This document shows positions 1 to 9,564 of a DNA stretch of 64,000 bases, piece after piece. The first letter of the stretch is position 1, and each line of letters starts with the position of its first letter. Location: the IMG/VR virus record IMGVR_UViG_3300029267_002727, positions 33,715 through 97,714 of that record; one strand, given 5' to 3'. The translations under genes were made by a program, and so were the position numbers. Source of the stretch: a virus. The notes beneath the pieces are model-generated. The model made no database searches and was not told where the DNA came from. It worked only from the letters and a program-made list of their open reading frames with translations.

Positions 1-106
1 CCATAACATCATTGCGATGCAAGACCAGGCACTCCAGAATCGCACTGCCGACCTCTCCCAGGCCCACTACGATGTGCCTTACGGCGCCTGCTACAATGTG
101 TGTCAT
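1..106 (-). CDS. N-terminus of a Rossmann-fold oxidoreductase, probably a nucleotide-sugar dehydrogenase (runs off the window)
   Basis: Read by hand: MTHIVAGAVRHIVVGLGEVGSAILECL with GxGxxG; ATG overlaps the TGA of the epimerase. Confidence 0.6.
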   Translation of the reverse strand, partial: MTHIVAGAVRHIVVGLGEVGSAILECLVLHRNDVM

Positions 107-1134
107 GCCATCTTCTCCTTTACTTTGTCATAGATCCAGGCATACGTGCGCTCCATGCCCTCCTCCAGCGATACCTGCGGCTCATACTTGAGCTCGCGGC
201 GCATCAAAGATAAGTCTGCGTTTCTTCCCCTGACGCCCTGCGGCTTGCTGATGTCGTGCTCCAGGGTCGCCTTGTCCTCAATGCCCGCGCACCTGGCGGC
301 GATCATGGCAAGCTCGTCCACCGACACCGATCGGTCGGTCCCGATATTCATAGGGGCCCCGAAGTCAGACTGCATGAGGGCCCAGACCATCTCCACGCAG
401 TCGTCGATGTAGCAGAACGACCGCCGCTGCTGGCCGTCGCCCCAGATCGGGATGTGGTACTCGCCCGTAATAGCCGCCTTGGCCATCTTGTAGCACATAG
501 CCGCCGGTGCTTTGACCCGGTTGTCGTTATCTGCGTCCCAGGCCCCCTCGGGCCCGAAGACATTGTGGAAGCGCGGGATACGAACCTCCACATGGCTGGC
601 CTTGACGTCGCCGCGCATGTACATGTAGAGACTCTCGGTGAGTAGCTTCTCTCTTCCGTAAGCGTCTTCCGGGTGCCCGTCCCAGGCGTCGCCCTCTTGT
701 AGAGGACGCGAGTCAGCGAACATCTGCCGCCGCACTGGGTAGACACACGCCGACGACGTGAACAGGAGGCGGCCGGGCTTCTCGTAGTCACGCCAGTTTA
801 CGCGCGCAGCCTCAGCCGAGAACAGGCTGATCAACATGTTGTTACGGAAGATGGTATAGTCGTGACTGGAGATAAACCCCATGCCGCCCATATCCGCTGC
901 GAGGCAGTAGGCCTCATGAACACCATCGAACGCCTGGACGACGTTGGGGAACTCCCGGAGGTCGCAGTTCCAGTTGAAGAAATTGGGGCTGCACTCGTAG
1001 CCCTCTGGCTCTTTCCAGTCCACGCCGATCACGTAGCGCCCCTTCTCCTGAAGAAAGCGCACCAGGTGGTGGCCAATGAACCCGGCTGCGCCTGTCACAA
1101 GGGATACGACAGAGTTTTCGTCAAATGTCTTCAT
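103..1134 (-). CDS. NAD-dependent nucleotide-sugar epimerase/dehydratase (GDP-mannose 3,5-epimerase-like extended SDR)
   Basis: TGAAGFIG, LAADMGGMGFI, SSACVYP, YGREK (YxxxK), RFHNVFGP, KAPAA, WGDGQQRRSFCYIDDC. Confidence 0.92.
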   Translation of the reverse strand: MKTFDENSVVSLVTGAAGFIGHHLVRFLQEKGRYVIGVDWKEPEGYECSPNFFNWNCDLREFPNVVQAFDGVHEAYCLAADMGGMGFISSHDYTIFRNNMLISLFSAEAARVNWRDYEKPGRLLFTSSACVYPVRRQMFADSRPLQEGDAWDGHPEDAYGREKLLTESLYMYMRGDVKASHVEVRIPRFHNVFGPEGAWDADNDNRVKAPAAMCYKMAKAAITGEYHIPIWGDGQQRRSFCYIDDCVEMVWALMQSDFGAPMNIGTDRSVSVDELAMIAARCAGIEDKATLEHDISKPQGVRGRNADLSLMRRELKYEPQVSLEEGMERTYAWIYDKVKEKMA

Positions 1135-1624
1135 TTGTCCTCCATTTATAAAGTAGCTCTGTTTCCAGGAGCAGGATCGCTATACATGAATGCGGGTCTA
1201 ACACCTGCCCGCGGCGCACCATCCAACCGGCGTCACCAATAGGGATACCGCCTACAGAGCTTATAGCCTCTGACGGTACGAACTTTGCTGGCAGGCTGAC
1301 GCGGCAAGTATAGACGCGCACCTTGTCTCTGCGCCAGGATGTGTCGATGTACCAATCCCCAAACTCCTCCCAGTCCTCGCCCCGCAGGCCAACCTCCTCA
1401 TGTAGCTCACGGGCCGCCGCATCAACGTACGGCTCACCGGCATTGATATGGCCAGCAGGAAGCTGCCACACCGCATGATGGGGGCCCTCTTTATACTGGT
1501 GGATCATGATGATCTTGTTATCTGTCGTCATGGCGGCGATCATGACGACATCCCCGCGACTGGCGTGGTAATAGTCTGCGTTAGTGTCATACCACACACG
1601 CACCCAGGGTGTTTTCAGGATCAT
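1121..1624 (-). CDS. Nudix hydrolase (ADP-ribose/NDP-sugar pyrophosphatase-like)
   Basis: Nudix box GHINAGEPYVDAAARELHEEVG. Confidence 0.9.
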   Translation of the reverse strand: MILKTPWVRVWYDTNADYYHASRGDVVMIAAMTTDNKIIMIHQYKEGPHHAVWQLPAGHINAGEPYVDAAARELHEEVGLRGEDWEEFGDWYIDTSWRRDKVRVYTCRVSLPAKFVPSEAISSVGGIPIGDAGWMVRRGQVLDPHSCIAILLLETELLYKWRTNEDI

Positions 1625-2097
1625 TATGACACAGCACTAGCAAATGCGGTCGCCATCAGCTTGGCGTCGTCCAGTGTCCGCGCTACAAAGCCCACAGGGA
1701 GACTGAGATCCTCCTCTGGATGTTCGGCCAGGTACTCGTCTGTCCACCCGGAAGTAGCGCAAACGTGGCCGGGACCGGTGACCTCATCGCCGATCCCAAA
1801 CCCGCAGATGGCACGGTGCGACCAACCGTACCACCTTTGCTCGCGCTCACAAAATCCGATAGAGCACGTGCGCCCTCGACCATCGTTAGCGTCCGGGATG
1901 GGCGGGTCTCGTGGCTCTGGCTTGATGCCGCGCTGCACGATCAAGCGATGGGCAGCTACGCTATCCCCAATATAATGGCCCTCGGGGGTATACGCAGACT
2001 TGATGGTCACCTTGTCACCGCCATCAAAGGCAACCTCTTCAGTCCTGACCTCGTAGCCCGCCTTGTACTGGCGCACCCTTAATACCCTTGTGTCCAT
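1624..2097 (-). CDS. Hypothetical phage protein
   Basis: Translationally coupled ORF (stop/start overlaps on both sides). Confidence 0.7.
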   Translation of the reverse strand: MDTRVLRVRQYKAGYEVRTEEVAFDGGDKVTIKSAYTPEGHYIGDSVAAHRLIVQRGIKPEPRDPPIPDANDGRGRTCSIGFCEREQRWYGWSHRAICGFGIGDEVTGPGHVCATSGWTDEYLAEHPEEDLSLPVGFVARTLDDAKLMATAFASAVS

Positions 2098-2396
2098 TAG
2101 TCCGCCCAATCATGCACCATAACCGGGTTATAGCACGAGCCCGGGAAGATGCCGCGGCCACAACGGACGCGCACCTCTTGGCCGGCAGATACCAGGCCAG
2201 CGCCAACTGTAAAGGCAAACGGCCTCTCGCGATAGCTCGTGGCCACATCGACCTGGTCGTAGCGCCAGCCAGCCGACGACACCTGCGTCACGCGGCCGGC
2301 GATTAAGACCTTACTGGCGGCAGTCATGTCAATCAGCAAAAAGAGGATCACCAAGGCGAGAAATACTACACCAGAGAACATGAGCACCCTTGTCAT
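2097..2396 (-). CDS. Hypothetical protein with N-terminal membrane anchor
   Basis: MTRVLMFSGVVFLALVILFLLI hydrophobic start; GGAGG upstream. Confidence 0.6.
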   Translation of the reverse strand: MTRVLMFSGVVFLALVILFLLIDMTAASKVLIAGRVTQVSSAGWRYDQVDVATSYRERPFAFTVGAGLVSAGQEVRVRCGRGIFPGSCYNPVMVHDWAD

Positions 2397-2398
2397 TT

Positions 2399-3652
2399 TT
2401 AGCCTCCAAAACGAATCAGGGCGGGGATCTTGTTGGAATCCAAGAACCCCCACATGTCGATCACCGTTTTCCCAGAGAGGTCCATTTCCTCGAGAGCATG
2501 ATAAGCCTCCCAGGGTGTCATGAGCACCAGTACGTCGCACATATCGACTACTTCATCGAGGGACGGCACACGATCACTGGTGGGGTCATGGTACCACACC
2601 ACGGCCGCTGACGGGAGCATCTCGCCCAGCTTGATGCCGGGCGACTCCTCCATGATATCCACGCCGGGTTTGTACGTCAGGCCCAGGATCCCAATTCTGG
2701 AGCCGTAATGCCACACCTGCGCAGCGAGCCAGTGCGCCATCACATTCGTGAACGCCTCCACGCCGCCGATCAGGACGGCAGGCGTATCTGTGATGCCCGC
2801 ATGCGCAGACAGGGCCCGGCAATCGCGGGGGAAACATGGCCCCCCAGGCCACACACCAGGTGAGAAGTACCTATGCCCGATGCGGGAATCGTCCCCAATC
2901 GCCCCCAGGACATCCCCCGCGTTTGCTCCGGGTGTATTGTGACAGATCATCGCGACCTGGTTGGCAAGCTGAATCTTGGTGACCACTGACACATTGAGCG
3001 CGATCTTGGCCACCTCGGCGCTCGCGACACTCATAAAACGGAACGGCACGAAATTGTCTTCCACATCGACGATACTGCGATAGTACCGCGCCACGACATC
3101 GCTGGCCCGCTCCGTGTCAGCGCCGATCATGACCATGTCCGGGTGCCTGAAATCTCGGACGATCCGGCCCTGCGCCACGAACTCTGGCGAGTAGGTAATG
3201 CCCCACTCTTCACCCAGTACTCCAGCGGCCCAAGCGGACAACGCAGTAGCGATCTCTCCGTTGACGGATCCTGGCATAACAGTGCTTACGATGTTGACGA
3301 CCTGATACTCAGAGTTCTTGCACATGCCTAGCCCGATACGCTCGCACGCGTCAAGGATGAACGCGTTACTGAACGACCCGCCACGCTTGCTGGGCGTCGG
3401 AACAATCACATTGATCAGTTCGCCCCATGAGCAGGCCTCGGCGATGTCCGTAGTGGCTTGCAGTTCTTTGCCGCCGTACTCAGCTACCAGATCAGTCACG
3501 CCTGGCTCCATCGTGTCTACGTCGCCGGCATTGACCCTGTCCACCATCTCTTGATTGATATCTGCACAAAACACCTCGTGCCCGCAGTCCGCAGACACCG
3601 CAGCCAGGGGTAGCCCCAGCCGGCCACAGCCACCCACGTACACTACCTTCAT
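2399..3652 (-). CDS. UDP-glucose/GDP-mannose dehydrogenase family protein
   Basis: GGCGRLGLP, VPTP, STVMPG, SPEF, AEVAK, GGPCFPRD (catalytic Cys), LGLTYKPG; start set at MKVVYV after AGGAGG. Confidence 0.92.
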   Translation of the reverse strand: MKVVYVGGCGRLGLPLAAVSADCGHEVFCADINQEMVDRVNAGDVDTMEPGVTDLVAEYGGKELQATTDIAEACSWGELINVIVPTPSKRGGSFSNAFILDACERIGLGMCKNSEYQVVNIVSTVMPGSVNGEIATALSAWAAGVLGEEWGITYSPEFVAQGRIVRDFRHPDMVMIGADTERASDVVARYYRSIVDVEDNFVPFRFMSVASAEVAKIALNVSVVTKIQLANQVAMICHNTPGANAGDVLGAIGDDSRIGHRYFSPGVWPGGPCFPRDCRALSAHAGITDTPAVLIGGVEAFTNVMAHWLAAQVWHYGSRIGILGLTYKPGVDIMEESPGIKLGEMLPSAAVVWYHDPTSDRVPSLDEVVDMCDVLVLMTPWEAYHALEEMDLSGKTVIDMWGFLDSNKIPALIRFGG

Positions 3653-3921
3653 CAGTCTTCCCTCCTGGTTTCGACTAGGTCGCTCTCGCGCACGACGCCC
3701 CCCTCGATGAAGAATGCGGCGCGCCACTCGATCTCACACCCCAATAACAGCGCTACTCGGTAGGCATAGTATGCAGGGTTTGCGCCGTGCGGTGCGTCTA
3801 TGATCGCCCTGCCGTCGATGTACATGACGGTAACCCCATCAAAGAATACGAACACATCGGGGCCATCCGTTGTGACCTCCGCTATCTCCTCCCCGTTGAT
3901 TGTATGGATCTCAGTCTTCAT
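3652..3921 (-). CDS. Hypothetical protein
   Basis: Coupled ORF MKTEIHTING... Confidence 0.55.
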   Translation of the reverse strand: MKTEIHTINGEEIAEVTTDGPDVFVFFDGVTVMYIDGRAIIDAPHGANPAYYAYRVALLLGCEIEWRAAFFIEGGVVRESDLVETRRED

Positions 3922-4541
3922 AGCTGATATGCCAAGAAGAACCCATTCCCCACCTTGCTGTCCGGGTCCTCCTCCATGATCAGGTCCCAACCTGCCCAAT
4001 AATCAATGGCCTCTTTCAGAAACTCGGGTGTGAACTTCCACCAGTGACCATACGGGCCCCCGACGCAGGGCTGCGTGTCCGCAGGCGGTACATTGTCGTG
4101 GCCCCATCCGTCCTCGTACGCGCGCTCGATGCGCTCCATGGTGAACCATTCTAGAGGTCGTTTATCGGTCTTGAGTTGATCGTGGTGCGGGACGATCATC
4201 AGGAAGTAGCCGCCAGGCCTCACGACACGTTGCCACTCATACCATGCCCGAACCGGATCTGGTACGTGCTCCATGACATGAGAGGACACTACATAGTCCA
4301 CCGTGTTGTCGAAGAGGGGAATGTAGCCGGCGCGACCATGTAGATGGCAGAACCCTCGATGGCCGCTCTTGTCCGACTCATTATAGTAGTGGTCCTCCGC
4401 CCAGGCCGGCGACACGTTGATGCACGCCTTCAGAAAGAACGAGTTGCCGTCAGGGTGATCGGAATTAGCACCGCCGAGCTCAACGCCCTTCATGCGCGGG
4501 TCACCGACAAGGTCAAGCGTTGGTTGATGTGGCCTGTTCAT
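3918..4541 (-). CDS. Class I SAM-dependent methyltransferase (type 11-like)
   Basis: GVELGGA, DNTVDYVVSSHVMEHVPDP, RVVRPGG. Confidence 0.85.
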   Translation of the reverse strand: MNRPHQPTLDLVGDPRMKGVELGGANSDHPDGNSFFLKACINVSPAWAEDHYYNESDKSGHRGFCHLHGRAGYIPLFDNTVDYVVSSHVMEHVPDPVRAWYEWQRVVRPGGYFLMIVPHHDQLKTDKRPLEWFTMERIERAYEDGWGHDNVPPADTQPCVGGPYGHWWKFTPEFLKEAIDYWAGWDLIMEEDPDSKVGNGFFLAYQL

Positions 4542-4822
4542 CCTGTCGTCGAGTCCTTTCCAGCCATGGAGCCGAATAGGTTCGCGGGTACATAAACCTC
4601 CTCGGCATTCCCGTCGCTCTCTGCCTCTAGGATATCCATCGTCTCGTCCGGGGTAAGCAGGAACCCAACTAGCTCTTTGGCCCGCACTGCGTACCATCGA
4701 AGCTCGCCATTGACCCGGACCCAGATATCGATAGAGGTGCCATTCTTGCGAAACCCGATCTCGCCCCTGGTTCTCGTGCACGTCAGAAACCCACTAAGCC
4801 TCCATGGCCGCAGCTTAAACAC
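4538..4822 (-). CDS. Hypothetical protein
   Basis: GTG start after GGAGG, coupled to neighbours. Confidence 0.5.
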   Translation of the reverse strand: MFKLRPWRLSGFLTCTRTRGEIGFRKNGTSIDIWVRVNGELRWYAVRAKELVGFLLTPDETMDILEAESDGNAEEVYVPANLFGSMAGKDSTTG

Positions 4823-5678
4823 TGATCGCCTCCTCCGGATTCTCGTACCCATCAAACTCCTGATGATAGCCGATCTCGCCGGCGTCCAACTGTCTTACGG
4901 CCTCGTCCCTGGACAACTGTGCCACCCCAAGGATCTTCGCCTTGTCCCGTCGGCTAATCGAGCCGTCGCCGAATATCCCTGTCACCCTTACGTCCGGGAG
5001 AATGGCGGAGTAGAAACAGGCAGCCCTCAGCCGCTGTTGCGTCCAGTGGTCCCCATACCCCCACCTACCCCACGGAAGAGACATATCTGCATGCGCAGGC
5101 AGGAACTTTTCGTAGAACGGGTGCCATTCGTACCCGATGGCCGCGAAGGCAATAGGCGTGCGGGCGACACACGCCCCGTGTACGAATGGCACCTCTACAA
5201 TCCCCCCTGGGCCACGGGGGGCATCGTCGGGAGGAGGGTCGGGGTGTCGGGCCACCCGTAAGCCTACCTGGCCCAGGACTTTCCCGTTCCACATCTCCGT
5301 GTTGTTCAACTTTATTGCCGCAAGTAGCTTTTCTAGCCAGCCCGCGGCGGCGATCATATCCGAGTCAAACTTGATCCCCACCGCTTTCTCGTTGAGCATA
5401 TCATCTTCCCAGGGGCGCCACCCGGTGTTTACCCCCCGAGAGATGCTCATCGGCTCCGGGATGCGCAAGGCGTAGAACCCGTTGGTGCACCGTAGCCATT
5501 CCCAGCACCGGGTGTCTGTGGATCCGTTGTCCACCGGGACGATAACATGTGGAGGCCTTACCTGCTTGCGCAATGTCTCGAGGACGCGCTTGACACAATG
5601 GTGGCGTCTATTCTCGGCGGTGTTGAAAAACGGAACGGCGACAACCCCTATCACGAGTTCGCCACCTCGACCAACCAC
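4815..5678 (-). CDS. Glycosyltransferase family 2 (GT-A fold)
   Basis: VAVPFFN, VDNGSTD, SRGVNTG, DSD (DxD), HGACVA, WGYGD. Confidence 0.8.
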   Translation of the reverse strand: MVGRGGELVIGVVAVPFFNTAENRRHHCVKRVLETLRKQVRPPHVIVPVDNGSTDTRCWEWLRCTNGFYALRIPEPMSISRGVNTGWRPWEDDMLNEKAVGIKFDSDMIAAAGWLEKLLAAIKLNNTEMWNGKVLGQVGLRVARHPDPPPDDAPRGPGGIVEVPFVHGACVARTPIAFAAIGYEWHPFYEKFLPAHADMSLPWGRWGYGDHWTQQRLRAACFYSAILPDVRVTGIFGDGSISRRDKAKILGVAQLSRDEAVRQLDAGEIGYHQEFDGYENPEEAISV

Positions 5679-5962
5679 TTGCCCATAGCGGCCGGAATCT
5701 GAACGACCAGGTCCCTGTGAAGTCGAACAACCGCCTTGATGCGATCCTGTTGCATCTTTGTGAATGGCGGTTTCTTGATCATCTTGCGGGCCTCGTCCAG
5801 GTCTATCACGCCCGCCTGGGCCAGCGCGGCCACTCCCTGATAGAGCAGTCCGAGACCCATGTTGTTGATCGCCGAGGCAGAGATGGCGACCTCTTCCACC
5901 GGGGGGATCGCGCGTTCTGTTACAGAATCTGCAAATTCGGCACCTACGTTACTCTTTTTCAT
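5651..5962 (-). CDS. Hypothetical protein
   Basis: ORF with RBS inside the operon. Confidence 0.55.
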   Translation of the reverse strand: MKKSNVGAEFADSVTERAIPPVEEVAISASAINNMGLGLLYQGVAALAQAGVIDLDEARKMIKKPPFTKMQQDRIKAVVRLHRDLVVQIPAAMGKWLVEVANS

Positions 5963-6659
5963 TTAATTGCTCCTGTAGGCGTAGCATGGCTGCGCGCTGC
6001 TCGTGGTTCTGGCGTGTCAGCCTCGCAAGTAGCTCCTCGTACTCGTACACCATAGCGCCGGGCATACGCTCGCCTTTCTGTAACAGAACGGCCCAGTGCG
6101 ACACATACGACGCATCGTAATTCGGTGTACGGAACATGCCATATCTGGCAAATTCCCGCATCCAATATGCAGTGGGGCGCGAGTTGACGTGGGTGGGCTC
6201 GGTGTAGTCCTGGGGGTTACTGGAGAAGAGGACGTAATCGGCGCGCTGAGACATTAGGCCAATAGCGTTTTTTGCCGCAGCCGGCAGGAGGTGCTCGACG
6301 ACCTCGATGCACACGACCAGGCTAAAACGGTCGAGCTCGTGCGCATAGGTTTCGGGGTTGCTGGCGTCCCCTCCCCACACAAAATCCTGGTACTCGTCCG
6401 GCACACACTGAATAGCATGATTCGAGACATCAAACCCGAATGCTCGCACCCCCCTCTTTCGGAGGGCTGCCACCAGCATGCCCATCGCACACCCAACGTC
6501 CAACACTGTCTCCGGGCCAACGTCGGTCACGATCCGGTCTGCTATGGCATCAAAGAACGACAACCAGGGCTCCTCGTATTGATAGGGCCGCTCCCCGAGT
6601 CCGTGTTGATAGTAATGGTTCAAGTACAGATTGTCCAGACGCCCTCGAAGATTAGTCAT
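5949..6659 (-). CDS. Class I SAM-dependent methyltransferase (glycan-cluster type)
   Basis: VLDVGCAMG motif I, GFDVS, CIEVVEH, EPTHVN. Confidence 0.88.
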   Translation of the reverse strand: MTNLRGRLDNLYLNHYYQHGLGERPYQYEEPWLSFFDAIADRIVTDVGPETVLDVGCAMGMLVAALRKRGVRAFGFDVSNHAIQCVPDEYQDFVWGGDASNPETYAHELDRFSLVVCIEVVEHLLPAAAKNAIGLMSQRADYVLFSSNPQDYTEPTHVNSRPTAYWMREFARYGMFRTPNYDASYVSHWAVLLQKGERMPGAMVYEYEELLARLTRQNHEQRAAMLRLQEQLNEKE

Positions 6660-6885
6660 GCGCGAAAAACTCCACTATCCCTTTTGATGTAGCATCCAAA
6701 GATACTGTTGGCGCGATCTCCCAGATCAGCGATATGACAAGGAAGAGTAATGCAAGGCCCAGACCCGGCAGAAACAACATGGCAAGAAGCGACTGGGCGT
6801 TGTGCTTTTTGTCGTAGGCTCCGAATGCAACGCCGCTTATAAAGCCCCAGAAGAAGATGTACACACCGACAAGAATCTCAGACAT
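6652..6885 (-). CDS. Small membrane protein
   Basis: Two hydrophobic helices. Confidence 0.55.
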   Translation of the reverse strand: MSEILVGVYIFFWGFISGVAFGAYDKKHNAQSLLAMLFLPGLGLALLFLVISLIWEIAPTVSLDATSKGIVEFFAHD

Positions 6886-7389
6886 CTACCCTGATCCAGC
6901 TAGTACCCACTTTAGGGTTGTTACTCTAAACTTCTTCCTTCCCCAATCCAAGTAGATGGGGCCTCCGTCCATCGCCCAATGAAGAATATCAGACGTCAAC
7001 AGCCCCGCAACCAACCCTATCGTCATCTCTGTGGAAAGAGGCCATTGCACACTAAAAATCCTTAGACATGCATGTATGTAAGCCACCCTGCCGGCGGTCC
7101 CCACCACCGGGAAATGGGAAAGTACGTGTCTGTGCCGACAAACCCGGGCATAGGGATCCCAAACCGCCAACCACAGATACCCGACGACGGGGAGCCACTT
7201 GATGAGCTTTCTCTCCCCATGGTGAATAATGATCTGGTCAATCTGGTCAAGGTCCGGCCCAACGAAGATTCCCAGAACGCACCCCGCCGCTGCAAAGAGC
7301 CCGACCCAGGGATCCACCATCGCGGCGACGAGCAATCCGGTAGGGATTGCGGCCAGGAGGGAAGCCGCTGCATGGGCTTTACCATCCAT
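6886..7389 (-). CDS. DUF2227-like membrane metal-binding protein
   Basis: GKAH, GPDLD, HRHVLSH, LHWAMD motif pattern with transmembrane segments. Confidence 0.75.
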   Translation of the reverse strand: MDGKAHAAASLLAAIPTGLLVAAMVDPWVGLFAAAGCVLGIFVGPDLDQIDQIIIHHGERKLIKWLPVVGYLWLAVWDPYARVCRHRHVLSHFPVVGTAGRVAYIHACLRIFSVQWPLSTEMTIGLVAGLLTSDILHWAMDGGPIYLDWGRKKFRVTTLKWVLAGSG

Positions 7390-7415
7390 CTACCATCTCG
7401 TACTTCTCCAGAAAC

Positions 7416-7757
7416 TCATTTGAGCTCATCCTCCAGAGCGCCCAGGTATGGCTCTAGCCCATATCCCAAATGCTGGTCATGGGCATAGTTCAATAGGTCC
7501 TCGGCCGCCCTCCGCAGGCTCTTTTTGCGCCGGGGAAGAAAACCCACCAATCGCCCGAGGAAGTAGTCGTCCGCGAGTACCCTTAGCCCGATCAACCCAA
7601 AGGCCAAGATCGCCACCTTCACCGTGAAAACCCCCCACCCTGGGCCGACCATCTCCACCCCGCATACGCGAACTACCGCCCCCTGCAACATCCCCAGCAG
7701 AACCAGGATAACCAGTCTCGTTATAGACTCCCAGACGAAACGCATGTCATCCCCCAT
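7416..7757 (-). CDS. Hypothetical membrane protein
   Basis: Two hydrophobic segments, basic C-terminal part. Confidence 0.55.
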   Translation of the reverse strand: MGDDMRFVWESITRLVILVLLGMLQGAVVRVCGVEMVGPGWGVFTVKVAILAFGLIGLRVLADDYFLGRLVGFLPRRKKSLRRAAEDLLNYAHDQHLGYGLEPYLGALEDELK

Positions 7758-7836
7758 GCGAAAACAGGCGCGCCATTGCCGGAAAGCAATGACATGCCTG
7801 CCCCAATAGATGAAACAAGGACGCGCCCATATTTCT

Positions 7837-7864
7837 ATTTTAGCGCAAAAACCATAGCTGTCAA
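7837..7864 (-). promoter_or_regulatory. Sigma70-type promoter for the leftward operon
   Basis: TTGACA-16bp-TAAAAT on the minus strand. Confidence 0.6.
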
Positions 7865-7868
7865 GGGG

Positions 7869-8090
7869 TCAATTCAAGGGTACGATCTGCTCCTCCCGCA
7901 ATTCGAGGTCGTGCCGCTGCTCGTTGCAACTGGAACAGCGAATGATCCCCGCCCGCCCCGGAGAGATGTTGTCGTACGACTGGTCCATCAGGTGGCCCGT
8001 CTCATCGAAACGCGTGACAGCCCAGCCGATCACCTGCCGCTTCAGATATACACCACAAAGAGACCCGCAATGAGGACAAGCAGGAAGCAT
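7869..8090 (-). CDS. Small zinc-ribbon protein
   Basis: CPHC...CSSC; ATG after GGAGG. Confidence 0.65.
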   Translation of the reverse strand: MLPACPHCGSLCGVYLKRQVIGWAVTRFDETGHLMDQSYDNISPGRAGIIRCSSCNEQRHDLELREEQIVPLN

Positions 8091-8186
8091 ACCAACCTCC
8101 CCACAGACCAAGAGGGCGCCCACGAGCCCGTCCGATGTGTGCGTAACTCCGTGGCGCCCTCACCAGCATGTCTGATAAGCGCTTCA

Positions 8187-8215
8187 ATGATACCACGGGA
8201 GAGGCAGGCAGTCAA
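8187..8215 (-). promoter_or_regulatory. Sigma70-type leftward promoter at the strand switch
   Basis: TTGACT-17bp-TATCAT with extended -10 TG. Confidence 0.6.
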
Positions 8216-8332
8216 GAGGCCAATTGGCATGCCCAACCTTAATGCGCGCGCCAGTCAGAATAGGTAGTAGTAATGACTGTAGATGAAGGTGGGGTCGCAT
8301 CTACAACAAAATCATATAAGGAGGCAGGGGCA

Positions 8333-8551
8333 ATGTCAATCGTAGACCTGGATCAAGACAAGCGCGCAGCATTCGCAATGTACTTTTACGGCCATCGCGC
8401 GAGCCTGAATAAGGCCCTTGCAATGGCGGGGCTCTCTTATCTCGATCAAGAGGCCGCTTTGTTCGTTCGTCCTAATATGCCCATCAATGCCGAGATTCTC
8501 GACAATGGGGATATTATCATTCGTAGGCGCTGGCAACGACCAGTGCGCTAG
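8333..8551 (+). CDS. Hypothetical early protein
   Basis: ATG after AAGGAGG. Confidence 0.65.
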   Translation: MSIVDLDQDKRAAFAMYFYGHRASLNKALAMAGLSYLDQEAALFVRPNMPINAEILDNGDIIIRRRWQRPVR

Positions 8552-8566
8552 TATAAGGAGAATAAG

Positions 8567-8704
8567 ATGCACAGCTATGGCGACGATCACAACCCGATGC
8601 TCCGTATCCTGCTCATTGCACCGTTCGCGGCAGCAGTCGTCATGTTGGGGATGTATCTGATCCCCACCATCAGCACCATTATGGCGACACTCACCTCGTT
8701 CTAG
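8567..8704 (+). CDS. Small membrane protein, 45 aa (below the ORF-track cutoff)
   Basis: MHSYGDDHNPMLRILLIAPFAAAVVMLGMYLIP... after AAGGAG. Confidence 0.6.
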   Translation: MHSYGDDHNPMLRILLIAPFAAAVVMLGMYLIPTISTIMATLTSF

Positions 8705-8711
8705 TCTCTAT

Positions 8712-8799
8712 CACCCATCCTTGTGGCAGCCTTCGGGCATTTGACTTGGATGGGTGCAGAGCATAGCACATACAACTGTGTATGTGCTGCGTTCTGCAC
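8712..8799 (+). ncRNA. Overlapping tandem-hairpin element 1
   Basis: CACCCATCC/GGATGGGTG stem (inner GCC-UUCG-GGC) overlapping a 21-bp stem at 8754-8799. Confidence 0.65.
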
Positions 8800-8821
8800 A
8801 ATATCATATAGGAGGAAGATC

Positions 8822-9007
8822 ATGAAGACAACAGTATTGGTATTCAAGAACGATGCAGGGGACATCATCATCATTCGTAGCCGCTTCTCCTTGAGCGAGG
8901 CCGATCCCGCCAAGCTCTCGCCGTTCGAGCGCTGTGTGGCAGCAAAGGCCAGGGAGAAGGGGCTGCACGTAGAGATTGGGGAGCTCACAATCCCCAGCCC
9001 CGCATAA
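8822..9007 (+). CDS. Hypothetical early protein
   Basis: ATG after AGGAGG. Confidence 0.65.
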   Translation: MKTTVLVFKNDAGDIIIIRSRFSLSEADPAKLSPFERCVAAKAREKGLHVEIGELTIPSPA

Positions 9008-9015
9008 CAATATAC

Positions 9016-9106
9016 ACCTGGCCCTATCCAGCATAGGGCCCAGGTCAGAATTGTCTATATGCAAATGTAGACAGTTCTGACCTGGGAGCGCTCCGTTGTG
9101 GAGCGC
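9016..9106 (+). ncRNA. Overlapping tandem-hairpin element 2
   Basis: Stem A 9016-9045, 22-bp stem B 9039-9086 with GCAA loop, stem C 9088-9106. Confidence 0.75.
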
Positions 9107-9146
9107 CTATATATGCTCTCTCTTCAGAGGGCAGGAGGTTATTAGC

Positions 9147-9455
9147 ATGAACGCCATCAAGTTTGACGGGCTGCTCTTTCTCAGTATCGACAAGCTGGCA
9201 GCTTACATCGGCCGTCGATATGGTTATCTGGCAGGCGTGCCAGAGGATCACCCTCAGATCGCTGTTGTGTCTGCTCTGCACGGGCTCAGCGAAGAATACT
9301 TCTTTGATCTCGAGGGCATAGCTGTGCAGAGGCCAAGGCACGACTGGCCAGAAACCCCGCAATGGGCCAAGGATATGGCAGAGAGCTACGGCTACCCACA
9401 ACCCTCTTATGAGGAGGACGACATAGCCGATGGGCAATGCACTATGTGGGACTAA
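9147..9455 (+). CDS. Hypothetical acidic early protein
   Basis: ATG after AGGAGG. Confidence 0.65.
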   Translation: MNAIKFDGLLFLSIDKLAAYIGRRYGYLAGVPEDHPQIAVVSALHGLSEEYFFDLEGIAVQRPRHDWPETPQWAKDMAESYGYPQPSYEEDDIADGQCTMWD

Positions 9456-9467
9456 CAACTAAATAGA

Positions 9468-9560
9468 GGGCCCTGTACTAGCAGGGCCCCAAACCAGAAT
9501 TGCCTATATGCAAATGTAGACAATTCTGGTTTGGGATGCGGGGGTAATAGTGCCCCCACA
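9468..9560 (+). ncRNA. Overlapping tandem-hairpin element 3 (homolog of element 2)
   Basis: Stem A 9468-9489; stem B 9488-9535 shares its core with element 2 and has compensatory changes; stem C about 9540-9557. Confidence 0.75.
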
Positions 9561-9564
9561 TGTT

